Shown here: one piece after another, positions 1 to 7,252 of the stretch
Layout: the number at the start of each line of letters is the position of its first letter
Numbering within the stretch: the first letter of the stretch is position 1
NCBI GenBank assembly: GCA_017416885.1
Contig: JAFQAM010000197.1
Span: forward strand, 1-38,802
Length of the DNA stretch: 38,802 bases
DNA from: Clostridia bacterium
GTDB lineage: Bacteria; Bacillota; Clostridia; Oscillospirales; CAG-272
Reading direction: 5' to 3'
Notes under the pieces: model-generated
Database searches by the model: none
What the model saw: the letters and a program-made list of their open reading frames with translations, nothing else
Told to the model about the DNA's origin: nothing
Position numbers and translations under genes: made by a program

Positions 1-198
1 ATGAGGAATGTCAAATCTGTCTGTGCGCTTATTGATGGTTGCGCCCGTAATAGTCGCAGTACCCTTTGCCTCATCAATTGTCGCATTCCAAATAACACCG
101 TCCTCCCCGGTATTAGTTGTATTTGCCGCAGAAGCCGAGAAGCAAAGCATCACAGCTAAGGCAAATACACAAATAAAAATGTATAAAAATCTTTTCAT
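1..198 (-). CDS. Exported protein, N-terminal part only (gene runs off the window start)
   Basis: Absent from the ORF track because it is open to position 1. Reverse-strand ATG at 198-196, with AAGGAG 6 nt upstream (revcomp of ctcctt at 205-210). Translation is MKRFLYIFICVFALAVMLCFSASAANTTNTGEDGVIWNATIDEAKGTATITG..., a classic signal peptide with an ASA-type cleavage site. 66 codons are in frame to the window edge. Confidence 0.6.
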   Translation of the reverse strand, partial: MKRFLYIFICVFALAVMLCFSASAANTTNTGEDGVIWNATIDEAKGTATITGATINKRTDRFDIPH

Positions 199-322
199 AA
201 ATTTCTCCTTTATCGCCTTGTACATTTTTCACATATTTATTTTATCACAAACTGTACAAACTGTCAATAGTTATAATAATTAAATATATATTAACAGAAT
301 ATAAAAAATCCAAAAAATCTAC

Positions 323-351
323 TTGCAAAACAAACGCCTATGTGTTATACT
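323..351 (+). promoter_or_regulatory. Sigma-A type promoter for asnA
   Basis: TTGCAA (323-328), 17 nt spacer, TATACT (346-351), with TGT directly upstream (extended -10). It lies about 30 nt before the asnA ATG. Confidence 0.55.
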
Positions 352-383
352 AACTACATTATTTAGTAAAGCGAGGAATCATT

Positions 384-1385
384 ATGTCACTTGTAATACC
401 AAATGGCTATAAATCACTTCTTGATATCAGACAAACAGAGGTAGCCATCAAAAAAGTAAAAGACTTTTTTGAAAGAGATTTAGCAATCGGGCTGAATTTA
501 ACAAGAGTTTCAGCTCCACTTTTCGTATCCCCCGAAAGCGGACTTAATGATAACTTAAACGGCACGGAAAGACCTGTTTCCTTTGATATTCTTAACGGCG
601 ATCAGCTTGAAATCGTTCATTCTCTTGCAAAATGGAAAAGAGTAGCGCTTAAAAGCTATGGCTTCAGAGTAGGCGAGGGACTTTATACCGATATGATTGC
701 TATCCGTCGCGACGAGGAAACAGATAATATCCATTCAATGTATGTTGACCAATGGGACTGGGAAAGAATCATTTCCAAGGAGCAAAGAACAATTGATGTT
801 TTAAAGAAAACAGTAAAAATTATTTATAATTCCTTAAAGCACACAGAAAACTATATTGCATACGAATATGAGTTTATCGGCAATATGCTTCCCGAAAGCA
901 TTACATTTGTTACAACACAGGAATTAGAGGATATGTATCCTGATTTAACAGCCAAACAAAGAGAGCACGAAATCGCAAAAAAACACGGTGCTGTGTTTAT
1001 AATGCAGATTGGCGGCGCTTTAAAATCAGGTAAAATTCACGACGGCAGAGCCCCTGACTATGACGATTGGACTTTAAACGGCGACATAATCGTTTACTAT
1101 CCTGTTTTAGATATCGCATTAGAGCTTTCATCAATGGGTATAAGAGTTGATGAGGAAGCTTTAAATAAGCAGCTTAAAATCAGAGGCTGCGAGGACAGAA
1201 AAGAATTAGAGTATCATAAAGCATTACTTAACGGCGAGCTACCCTACACAATCGGCGGCGGTATCGGTCAATCAAGAATGTGTATGTACTTCCTGAGAAA
1301 AGCGCACATAGGCGAGGTTCAATCTGCTCATTGGGGCAAGGAAACCCTCGAGGAGTGTATGAAAAAAGGAGTTCACCTACTCTAA
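384..1385 (+). CDS. asnA: Aspartate--ammonia ligase (asparagine synthetase A)
   Basis: 333 aa. The N-terminus ([16 protein letters not shown]...[12 protein letters not shown]) and the later blocks ([20 protein letters not shown]) are typical of AsnA, which is class II aaRS-like. A GAGGA RBS is present. Confidence 0.9.
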   Translation: MSLVIPNGYKSLLDIRQTEVAIKKVKDFFERDLAIGLNLTRVSAPLFVSPESGLNDNLNGTERPVSFDILNGDQLEIVHSLAKWKRVALKSYGFRVGEGLYTDMIAIRRDEETDNIHSMYVDQWDWERIISKEQRTIDVLKKTVKIIYNSLKHTENYIAYEYEFIGNMLPESITFVTTQELEDMYPDLTAKQREHEIAKKHGAVFIMQIGGALKSGKIHDGRAPDYDDWTLNGDIIVYYPVLDIALELSSMGIRVDEEALNKQLKIRGCEDRKELEYHKALLNGELPYTIGGGIGQSRMCMYFLRKAHIGEVQSAHWGKETLEECMKKGVHLL

Positions 1386-1386
1386 A

Positions 1387-2271
1387 ATGCAACACCTTTG
1401 GATATTCCTTATTTTACTGTATGGCATTTTCAAGGGATTAAGAGAAGCACTTAAAAAGAAGGCGATGGAAACAAATAGTGTCTTAGAGGTGCTATTTTTC
1501 TACACCTTCGTTGCTTTTTTATTGACAATCCCATTTTCAAAGGACATATTTTCCGTCAGCTTAGAATACCACATAGCAATACTTATTAAATCCTTTGCAA
1601 TTTTTATCGCATGGCTATGCGCATTAAACTCCATCAAAAGATTGCCGCTTAGCATTTATAGCGTAATGGATATGGGCAGAATGGTTTTTTCCATTCTTTT
1701 AGGCGTAATATTCCTAAACGAAAAGCTTAGCCTTCTTCAAATCCTCGGTATAGCTCTTGTAATAGCAGGAATTACTCTTGTAAATCTGAAAAAGAAGGGA
1801 CACAGTGGCGATAAAACCACATATAAGGTAGTCCCACTAATATTAGTTTCCTGTATTTTAAACGCACTTTCAGGTACACTTGATAAGTTCCTTTTGTCAA
1901 CAAGCCCCGATAGAATTATATTCGGCAGCGATATCCTGACCGCATCGCAAATGCAGTTTTGGTATATGCTTTATTTAACCTCATTTTATCTTATCTATAT
2001 TTTGCTAAAGCGAGAGAAAATCAATGTAAAAAAGTGCCTCAAGTGTCCGTGGATTTACATTTTAAGCATTTTGTTCATCATAGCCGACAGAGCATTGTTT
2101 ATAGCAAACACAAGCCCTAACAGTACAATAGTAGTTATGACACTGTTAAAGCAATCCTCTGTTCTTATTTCAATCCTGCTTGGCAGAATACTTTATAAGG
2201 AAAAGAATATACTTTACCGCACCCTGTGCGCATTATTGATTATTTGCGGCATAGTAATTTCCGTAATTTAG
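1387..2271 (+). CDS. EamA/DMT-superfamily permease
   Basis: 294 aa, about 10 predicted TM helices in a two-fold EamA-like arrangement. It starts 1 nt after the asnA stop. The start codon is uncertain because the RBS is distant. Confidence 0.65.
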   Translation: MQHLWIFLILLYGIFKGLREALKKKAMETNSVLEVLFFYTFVAFLLTIPFSKDIFSVSLEYHIAILIKSFAIFIAWLCALNSIKRLPLSIYSVMDMGRMVFSILLGVIFLNEKLSLLQILGIALVIAGITLVNLKKKGHSGDKTTYKVVPLILVSCILNALSGTLDKFLLSTSPDRIIFGSDILTASQMQFWYMLYLTSFYLIYILLKREKINVKKCLKCPWIYILSILFIIADRALFIANTSPNSTIVVMTLLKQSSVLISILLGRILYKEKNILYRTLCALLIICGIVISVI

Positions 2272-2351
2272 CTATACACTAAGCCTGATTTTTCAAAATT
2301 CACCATTGAATTTTATCCGAACACAATATTCAGAAATCTTTATTTTTAGTA

Positions 2352-2380
2352 TTGACAAAACCTGAAAACTGTGATATAAT
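2352..2380 (+). promoter_or_regulatory. Consensus sigma-A promoter for tRNA-Leu
   Basis: TTGACA (2352-2357), exactly 17 nt, TATAAT (2375-2380), preceded by TGA (extended -10). It lies 30 nt upstream of the tRNA 5' end. Confidence 0.8.
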
Positions 2381-2410
2381 ATCGCCGTTGCGAAAAGCAG
2401 CGGCACATAT

Positions 2411-2494
2411 GCGGGTGTGGCGGAATTGGCAGACGCGCTAGACTTAGGATCTAGTGCCAAAAGCATGCAGGTTCGACCCCTGTCACCCGCACCA
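2411..2494 (+). tRNA. tRNA-Leu (anticodon TAG)
   Basis: 84 nt. Acceptor stem GCGGGTG/CACCCGC. Anticodon stem CTAGA/TCTAG with loop CTTAGGA, giving anticodon TAG. It has a long variable arm (class II), a T-loop GTTCGAC, discriminator A and an encoded CCA. Confidence 0.9.
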
Positions 2495-2498
2495 AAAA

Positions 2499-2537
2499 AT
2501 ACTGCAGAAAAGGATACGTTTTCTGCAGTATTTTTTT
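2499..2537 (+). terminator. Rho-independent terminator after tRNA-Leu
   Basis: 13-bp stem atactgcagaaaa/ttttctgcagtat, loop ggatacg, followed by T7. Confidence 0.85.
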
Positions 2538-2539
2538 AT

Positions 2540-2730
2540 CCATTGCGAAAGCAATGGCATATCATCGCCGTAGGCGTATATCATCACCGAAGGTGCATAT
2601 CATCAGCCGTAGGCTGTATTTTCTTTCGCAATGATGATATACTCGTCTGAAAACGAGATATGCTCGTTTTCAAACGGATGATATGCAATTTCTTACGAAA
2701 TTGATGATATACAAGGCTTTTGCCTTGATG
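2540..2730. repeat. Mini-hairpin tandem array A (two halves in opposite orientation)
   Basis: Left half has four hairpins: ccattgc-GAAA-gcaatgg, cgcc-GTA-ggcg, cacc-GAA-ggtg and cagcc-GTA-ggctg. The first three are each followed by (C/T)ATATCAT. Right half has hairpins tcgt..acga, cgttt-tca-aaacg, aatttc-ttac-gaaatt and aaggc-tttt-gcctt, each preceded by GATGATAT(A/G)C or a truncated GAT/TGATATGC form (the reverse complement of the left spacer). 2541-2551 is perfectly complementary to 2623-2633. Confidence 0.75.
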
Positions 2731-2753
2731 TTGATTAAACTTTGTGTTATAAT
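2725..2753 (+). promoter_or_regulatory. Sigma-A type promoter for the four-helix-bundle gene
   Basis: TTGATG (2725-2730), 17 nt, TATAAT (2748-2753), with TGT upstream (extended -10). A GAGGTG RBS precedes the ATG at 2774. Confidence 0.6.
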
Positions 2754-2773
2754 CTACTAAAAGAGGTGATATT

Positions 2774-3121
2774 ATGTCAAAAAACTATTTATTGATATAT
2801 TCAGAACAACTTGCTACGGAAATAGAGTTGCTTTGTCAAAACTTAAAAGCGTCATCCAACACTCTTTTCCAAATACGCAAAAGTTCAAGCAGTGTTTATG
2901 CAAATATCCGTGAAGCGAATTACGGTCAAAGTAAAGCAGATATGCTTTCCAAATTTGAAATTGCGCTCAAAGAATGTAGTGAAACAGAAGGTTGGTTGCA
3001 GTTGCTATTTAATACGAATGGCATAGATGAAGATATATACAAGAAGCACCGCAATCTTTGTGGTAGAATTAGACGCATGCTGATTTCAAGTTGTAAAACT
3101 CTAAAGGAGAGCTTAAAATGA
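2774..3121 (+). CDS. Four-helix-bundle protein (23S rRNA intervening-sequence protein family)
   Basis: 115 aa. The block ANIREANYGQSKADMLSKFEIALKECSETEGWLQLL matches the hallmark pattern of this family (EA.....S..DF..K..IALKE..ET..WL.LL). Confidence 0.8.
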   Translation: MSKNYLLIYSEQLATEIELLCQNLKASSNTLFQIRKSSSSVYANIREANYGQSKADMLSKFEIALKECSETEGWLQLLFNTNGIDEDIYKKHRNLCGRIRRMLISSCKTLKESLK

Positions 3122-3160
3122 AACCTTTTATATATCGATAAAATAGTTGAAATTGTTGTA

Positions 3161-3555
3161 TTGATTATGGGAAGTGTGCTTGACACATTTCTTATCGTCA
3201 ATATGGGTGAGGATATACTTTTCCTAATCTTCATTATACCGTTCACAGCAATCTTGTTTTATTTTTTAATTGATTCTATTTATTGGATTTTTCAACCAAA
3301 TGTATTAGTTTATCAATATGAAACAGGAATAGTTATTGAAAGAAACAAATAATTGAATATACAGACATCGAGCGAGTCTATTTTAAAAATTACATACACA
3401 AAAAACGTTATGGTCATTATTATAGAGATACTTACAGTGGAATAATTTATATCAAACTGAAATCCGGCAAGCTACATAAGATAAGAAATGCGTTTTATCC
3501 CATAGAAGTAGTAGATGTTATCTCTCGTATCAAGCAACAGAGAAAATTTAAGTAG
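3161..3555 (+). pseudogene. Small membrane protein with a PH-like C-terminal part, interrupted by a frameshift
   Basis: The track ORF 3161-3352 (two TM helices, then ...YQYETGIVIERNK*) continues in the -1 frame from about 3340 to the TAG at 3553-3555 as IIEYTDIERVYFKNYIHKKRYGHYYRDTYSGIIYIKLKSGKLHKIRNAFYPIEVVDVISRIKQQRKFK. One extra A in the acaaat run at 3345-3350 would restore a single ORF of about 130 aa. There is no convincing RBS at 3161. Confidence 0.4.
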
Positions 3556-3602
3556 TCAAGGTCTTTTGTTGTTAGTAGACAATAAAAACGCATCTATTCG
3601 TT

Positions 3603-3681
3603 AAAATTGAACCCATTTTTTGCGAAAAAATTGAACCTATTTTCTATAAAAATTGAACCCATTTTGCAAAATGAACCCATT
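3603..3681 (+). repeat. Four direct repeats of AAAATTGAACC(C/T)ATTTT
   Basis: Copies at 3603-3619, 3627-3643, 3649-3665 and 3668-3681 (the last is 1 nt shorter). Spacing is 24, 22 and 19 nt. Each copy is an AAAAT-N7-ATTTT imperfect palindrome. Confidence 0.8.
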
Positions 3682-3713
3682 AGGATTTTGTATCCTTTTC
3701 GTAGCCCTTTCAC

Positions 3714-3758
3714 AAAAAAGCCTCAAGATTGTATTCGATCTTGAGTCTTTTTTGTTTT
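3714..3758. terminator. Rho-independent terminator (A-run and T-run flanked, potentially bidirectional)
   Basis: aaaaaag, then stem ctcaagat/atcttgag with loop tgtattcg, then tcttttttgtttt. Confidence 0.75.
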
Positions 3759-3760
3759 AT

Positions 3761-3826
3761 CCGCCCTTAGCGGAATAAATCTACTTTCGTGGATGAAATC
3801 GCTAAAACGATGAAGTCATCCTGAGG
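3761..3826. repeat. Weaker mini-hairpin array D
   Basis: ccgc-cctta-gcgg, atctac-tttc-gtggat (one G.T pair), atcg-ctaaaa-cgat and cc-tga-gg, interleaved with the recurring spacer GGA(A/T)(T/G)AAATC / GATGAAGTC. Confidence 0.4.
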
Positions 3827-3892
3827 CAGTTTGTATTTGAATAATCCATACATCAGTCAGTCTGTTTGATTATTTCCTAATTACTGATTTTA

Positions 3893-3921
3893 TTGACTAT
3901 TTTTAGACTTTATGGTATAAT
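3893..3921 (+). promoter_or_regulatory. Sigma-A type promoter for the 3950 gene
   Basis: TTGACT (3893-3898), 17 nt, TATAAT (3916-3921), with TGG upstream. Confidence 0.65.
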
Positions 3922-3949
3922 TATTTAAATCATACGAATGGAGAAAAAT

Positions 3950-4816
3950 ATGAAAAACCAAGGAAAAATCATTCTAACCGTTTTTGCTGCCCTTTCATTT
4001 TTATGCGTTATATTTTGGAAAGGTGTATATTATGTAGGAGGCTTATCCCATTTATACTATAGCAAGGATGTGTTAAATAGCGTATATTACTATATCGCAA
4101 TTTCCATTTTCGCCATAGCTATTTTTACAACACTTGTAATTTTAATGTTCAAAAGCAAAGGGACCTTAAAAATCATTTGTATATCATTACTCATTGTTAT
4201 TATGCTTGCCTCAATGGTTATTTCATTTTTTGAAATGCTTGTAGTATCTCTTTTGGGTTCAAACGGATGCTCTTATACAGAAAATATCGACAACTACGGA
4301 AAATACGATGGATATGAAGTGTCATATTTTCCAAAGACTATTACTGACGATATGACTGTAATCAAATTTTCATATTACTATAAGTATGTAGATATTGACC
4401 AAGTAGATATCTATCTTGAGGTTAAATTCAAGGATAAAGAAACAATGGATTTATATTTATCGGAAGCTACAAGTAAATTAAATGACGGCAATGTTATTAA
4501 ATATCAAAGCCCATATAACTCAAAATATACCGATATAATTTCAAATCGTTCGGTAAGATATGGCTCCGAAGGAGATTTAGCATCATATATCAAGTTTGAC
4601 GGAGATGATGATTACAAATATGTAGAAATGGGGTATAATTCTATTTCATATTCATACGACGAGCTTGTTATCATCTATAATTATACATTTATAGGAAGCG
4701 ATATTATGGTGGGCAACAACCCCGATAAGGGCGAATATTATCCCAAATACCTTGAACGCTTTGGCGTAGAGTGGAATCCTAATAATGACTTTATGTATAA
4801 GTATATTAAAGAATAA
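3950..4816 (+). CDS. Hypothetical membrane protein (N-terminal TM helices, C-terminal extracytoplasmic domain)
   Basis: The track ORF starts at 3938, but the GGAG at 3940-3943 is placed to serve the ATG at 3950 (MKNQGKIILTVF...). About 4 TM segments are followed by a Tyr/Asp-rich soluble domain. I recognise no family motif. Confidence 0.6.
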   Translation: MKNQGKIILTVFAALSFLCVIFWKGVYYVGGLSHLYYSKDVLNSVYYYIAISIFAIAIFTTLVILMFKSKGTLKIICISLLIVIMLASMVISFFEMLVVSLLGSNGCSYTENIDNYGKYDGYEVSYFPKTITDDMTVIKFSYYYKYVDIDQVDIYLEVKFKDKETMDLYLSEATSKLNDGNVIKYQSPYNSKYTDIISNRSVRYGSEGDLASYIKFDGDDDYKYVEMGYNSISYSYDELVIIYNYTFIGSDIMVGNNPDKGEYYPKYLERFGVEWNPNNDFMYKYIKE

Positions 4817-4840
4817 TTTAAATAGAAAAGAGAAACAACA

Positions 4841-5899
4841 ATGAAAAACTTCGCATCTAATACCCTCGCCCCATCAAGCAATCAATTTTGGTTCTCAGGC
4901 GACGGCAAAATCCACAAGGGCAGAATATTCTACAAAATTTTCGCAGGCGGCAGCTACAATTATTCCTTTATGTTTACAAATATGATTGATAGCACCTTTA
5001 GCGATGGCACTCATTCACAAGCAAATTTAATTTGCGATGAATATCAAATTCATTCCTTAGGAATTTATGTAACCTCTGATTTTACTAACAATTTAGATAC
5101 TAACAACAAAATTCAATTAACCTTCAACGGCGAAAAATCCAAAACAGTTATTCCCAAGGAAATATTTTATACTGATGCAGTAAAGCTATCCTGTAACAAA
5201 AATGATTATATCTGCCTTGAAATAGAATTTTCAGGCAATGGCAAAATTCCGTATATGGAAGAAATGATGATACCGTCATTTGTTTTTGAAAACGGAAAAT
5301 GGATAGAAAGCAAAAAAACACCGCTATGCGCATCAATCCTATGCGATAGACCTGTTGAAAGGAAAGTCGGCTTTTTCGGTGACAGTATAACCGAGGGCAT
5401 TGGCGTTAGCAACAACTCATATAAATGGTGGTGCTCAAAAATTGCCGAAGAGGTTGGCGAAAAATATTCCTATTGGGATATCGGTATAGGCTTCGGCAGA
5501 GCACAGGATGCATCATCTAAAGGCTCATGGCTTGATAAAGCAAAATTACTTGATACAGTAACAGTATGCTTCGGTGTAAATGATATCTGTCAAGGCTTTA
5601 GCGAGGAAACCGTAAAAAATAGCCTATACACCATAGTCACCGAGTTAAAAAATGCAGGTGTAAGAGTTATCCTGTTTACAGTGCCACCTTTTGATTACGA
5701 TTTACAAAAGGAACAAATTTGGCGCAATGTAAATAACTACATTAAAAACGAGCTTTCAAAAATCGTTGAGGTTTTTGACACAGTCTCAATTTGGGGCTGC
5801 GAGCAACCAAATGACCATAGAGCAAAATACGGCGGACACCCAAATGAAGAGGGAAGCGCGCTTTTAGCAAGAGAATTCGTCTCAAAAATCAATTTATAG
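4841..5899 (+). CDS. SGNH/GDSL-family hydrolase with an N-terminal extra domain
   Basis: 352 aa. Block I is FFGDSITEG, block III is GVNDI, and a C-terminal GGHPNEEG block is present. Confidence 0.75.
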   Translation: MKNFASNTLAPSSNQFWFSGDGKIHKGRIFYKIFAGGSYNYSFMFTNMIDSTFSDGTHSQANLICDEYQIHSLGIYVTSDFTNNLDTNNKIQLTFNGEKSKTVIPKEIFYTDAVKLSCNKNDYICLEIEFSGNGKIPYMEEMMIPSFVFENGKWIESKKTPLCASILCDRPVERKVGFFGDSITEGIGVSNNSYKWWCSKIAEEVGEKYSYWDIGIGFGRAQDASSKGSWLDKAKLLDTVTVCFGVNDICQGFSEETVKNSLYTIVTELKNAGVRVILFTVPPFDYDLQKEQIWRNVNNYIKNELSKIVEVFDTVSIWGCEQPNDHRAKYGGHPNEEGSALLAREFVSKINL

Positions 5900-5935
5900 T
5901 AACAATATATGAACATATAAACATATTATCAATAA

Positions 5936-5975
5936 TAAAAACAACGCAATTTAATCAAAATTGCGTTGTTTTTGT
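5936..5975. terminator. Bidirectional terminator between convergent genes
   Basis: 11-bp stem acaacgcaatt/aattgcgttgt, loop taatcaa, flanked by an A-run upstream and a T-run downstream. Confidence 0.8.
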
Positions 5976-5976
5976 A

Positions 5977-6402
5977 TTATAATAGCCTATTTCCGTGGCC
6001 GTCCTCATTAACCCAGCCTATCAAAATCAGTATTCCCTCAATAATGCACCATAAATGCATTACAGCAACAACAACCATTGTTATAAACAAAGGAATAAAG
6101 AATCCAAATATAATAATCTTGATATTTTCAATATGATTACAAATAAACATCATTACCGCTAAAAGAACAATCGCAATAGACGGAACAAAAAGCTGTATCA
6201 TTCCTTTTTTGATTTTCTTTAAATACAAACTGTAAATACCAAATCCAAACAAAATCGCAAGTAACCCCGCCACAATTCTGTATTTCGGCTTGTGATAGAA
6301 GTAAGAGCCACAATTTTCGTCATCTACCTCAATCCTTTTTCCGCACTCGGGACAGTATAGTCTTTTTCCGTCAAGCCTGATTCCGCAATGCTTACAATAC
6401 AT
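5977..6402 (-). CDS. Zinc-ribbon plus TM2-domain membrane protein
   Basis: The N-terminus CKHCG...CPECG is a zinc ribbon. VAGLLAILFGFGIYSLYLKKIKKG and the C-terminal IIEGILILIGWVNEDGHGNRL fit the TM2-domain pattern. An AAAGGAG RBS is present. Confidence 0.65.
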   Translation of the reverse strand: MYCKHCGIRLDGKRLYCPECGKRIEVDDENCGSYFYHKPKYRIVAGLLAILFGFGIYSLYLKKIKKGMIQLFVPSIAIVLLAVMMFICNHIENIKIIIFGFFIPLFITMVVVAVMHLWCIIEGILILIGWVNEDGHGNRLL

Positions 6403-6422
6403 AGCTCCAACTCCTTTCGAAA

Positions 6423-7159
6423 TTATTTATCGTTATACTTTAATGATGATATGCCTTTTTTATTTAGTTTAAAAATTTTTTTATCAAGTATTTTTTTGAA
6501 AAACCTTTTAAAAATCCTCATATTTCCAAAAAGCCTTACTAAAGTTGGACTTATTAAATAGTATACCCTTACAAGCAATCTACCAAAAAGATTTTTTCTT
6601 AAAATGTTGTCTCTATATCGTCTTAATGTCCAAACCTCAGGACAGTCATATGAACCATATACACATGTTGCAATATAACATCCCTCTTTACTCATTTGTG
6701 ATTCTGAGCTTTTTCTTGGTGTATAATCTTCGTCATCATTATGAGAGTGAGTAATTCTCTTTGGGTAGCCATTTAAAATTGCTTCATTGATTTTTTTATC
6801 AATATAATCTTGGTTTACACCGTACTTTGTCCAAAAAGTAATAATACTAATTCCAGCCTCTTCGCATATTTCTTTAACCTTAATATCTCTTTTAATGCGA
6901 CTTGAATCATTGTGTGTAGGGTCATTAATTTCAATGAAAGCAACAGGCTTAAAGCTCGAGGTTAATATTAAAAAATCAATATTTCTAAATAGCTCATTAT
7001 GAAATTTCGAATTGTCAGTTCTATTAATGACACTTGCTAAATTAACCTGTGGCTGTAAATGATATCCGTCGGTAGTGCTTTAACAATTGCATTGTAATAT
7101 GATAACTCGGATTTTGTCATTAAGCTATCTTTTAGCTCATAAATAAATGTGTCGTTCAT
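6423..7159 (-). pseudogene. DUF2726 (restriction-endonuclease-like) protein with a Cys-rich C-terminal module, frameshifted
   Basis: The ATG at 7159 gives MNDTFIYELKDSLMTKSELSYYNAIVKALPTD..., which stops at 7037-7039. A second frame is open from about 7083 and reads TDGYHLQPQVNLASVINRTDNSKFHNELFRNIDFLILTSSFKPVAFIEINDPTHNDSSRIKRDIKVKEICEEAGISIITFW, the DUF2726 pattern. It runs uninterrupted into the track ORF 6423-6695 (MSKEGCYIATCVYGSYDCPEVWTLRRYRD...). The total length of 737 nt is not a multiple of 3. The shift must lie within about 7066-7082. Confidence 0.7.
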
Positions 7160-7212
7160 AAAGTATCCTTGATGTTTTTTTATATTTTAACATTTTATTA
7201 CAACAATGTCAA

Positions 7213-7250
7213 TAAAAAATCCCATAAGATATCTACCTTATGGGACATTT
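7213..7250 (-). terminator. Terminator of spoIVA
   Basis: Stem tcccataa/ttatggga with a 10-nt loop, followed on the minus strand by T6. Confidence 0.7.
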
Positions 7251-7252
7251 TA

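Noticed and set aside
8-283. 91-aa plus-strand ORF at the window start
   Set aside because: It is antisense to a much better supported minus-strand gene (1-198) that has an RBS and a signal peptide. It has no RBS, and its downstream part runs through AT-rich promoter DNA.
2417-2650. 77-aa plus-strand ORF
   Set aside because: It starts inside tRNA-Leu and reads through the tRNA terminator and the hairpin array. It is an artefact of ORF calling.
2540-2730. The hairpin arrays (also 12317-12431 and 13023-13128) as CRISPR arrays
   Set aside because: The constant element is only 7-10 nt and the variable elements are 11-18 nt palindromes. The period is about 19-24 nt, against about 60-70 nt for CRISPR. 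No cas genes are in the window.
2411-5900. tRNA-Leu-adjacent integrated element or prophage remnant
   Set aside because: No integrase, recombinase or phage genes are present. By eye I could not find a duplicated copy of the tRNA 3' end (cacccgc...) that would mark an att site. Only a loose accessory-like character remains.
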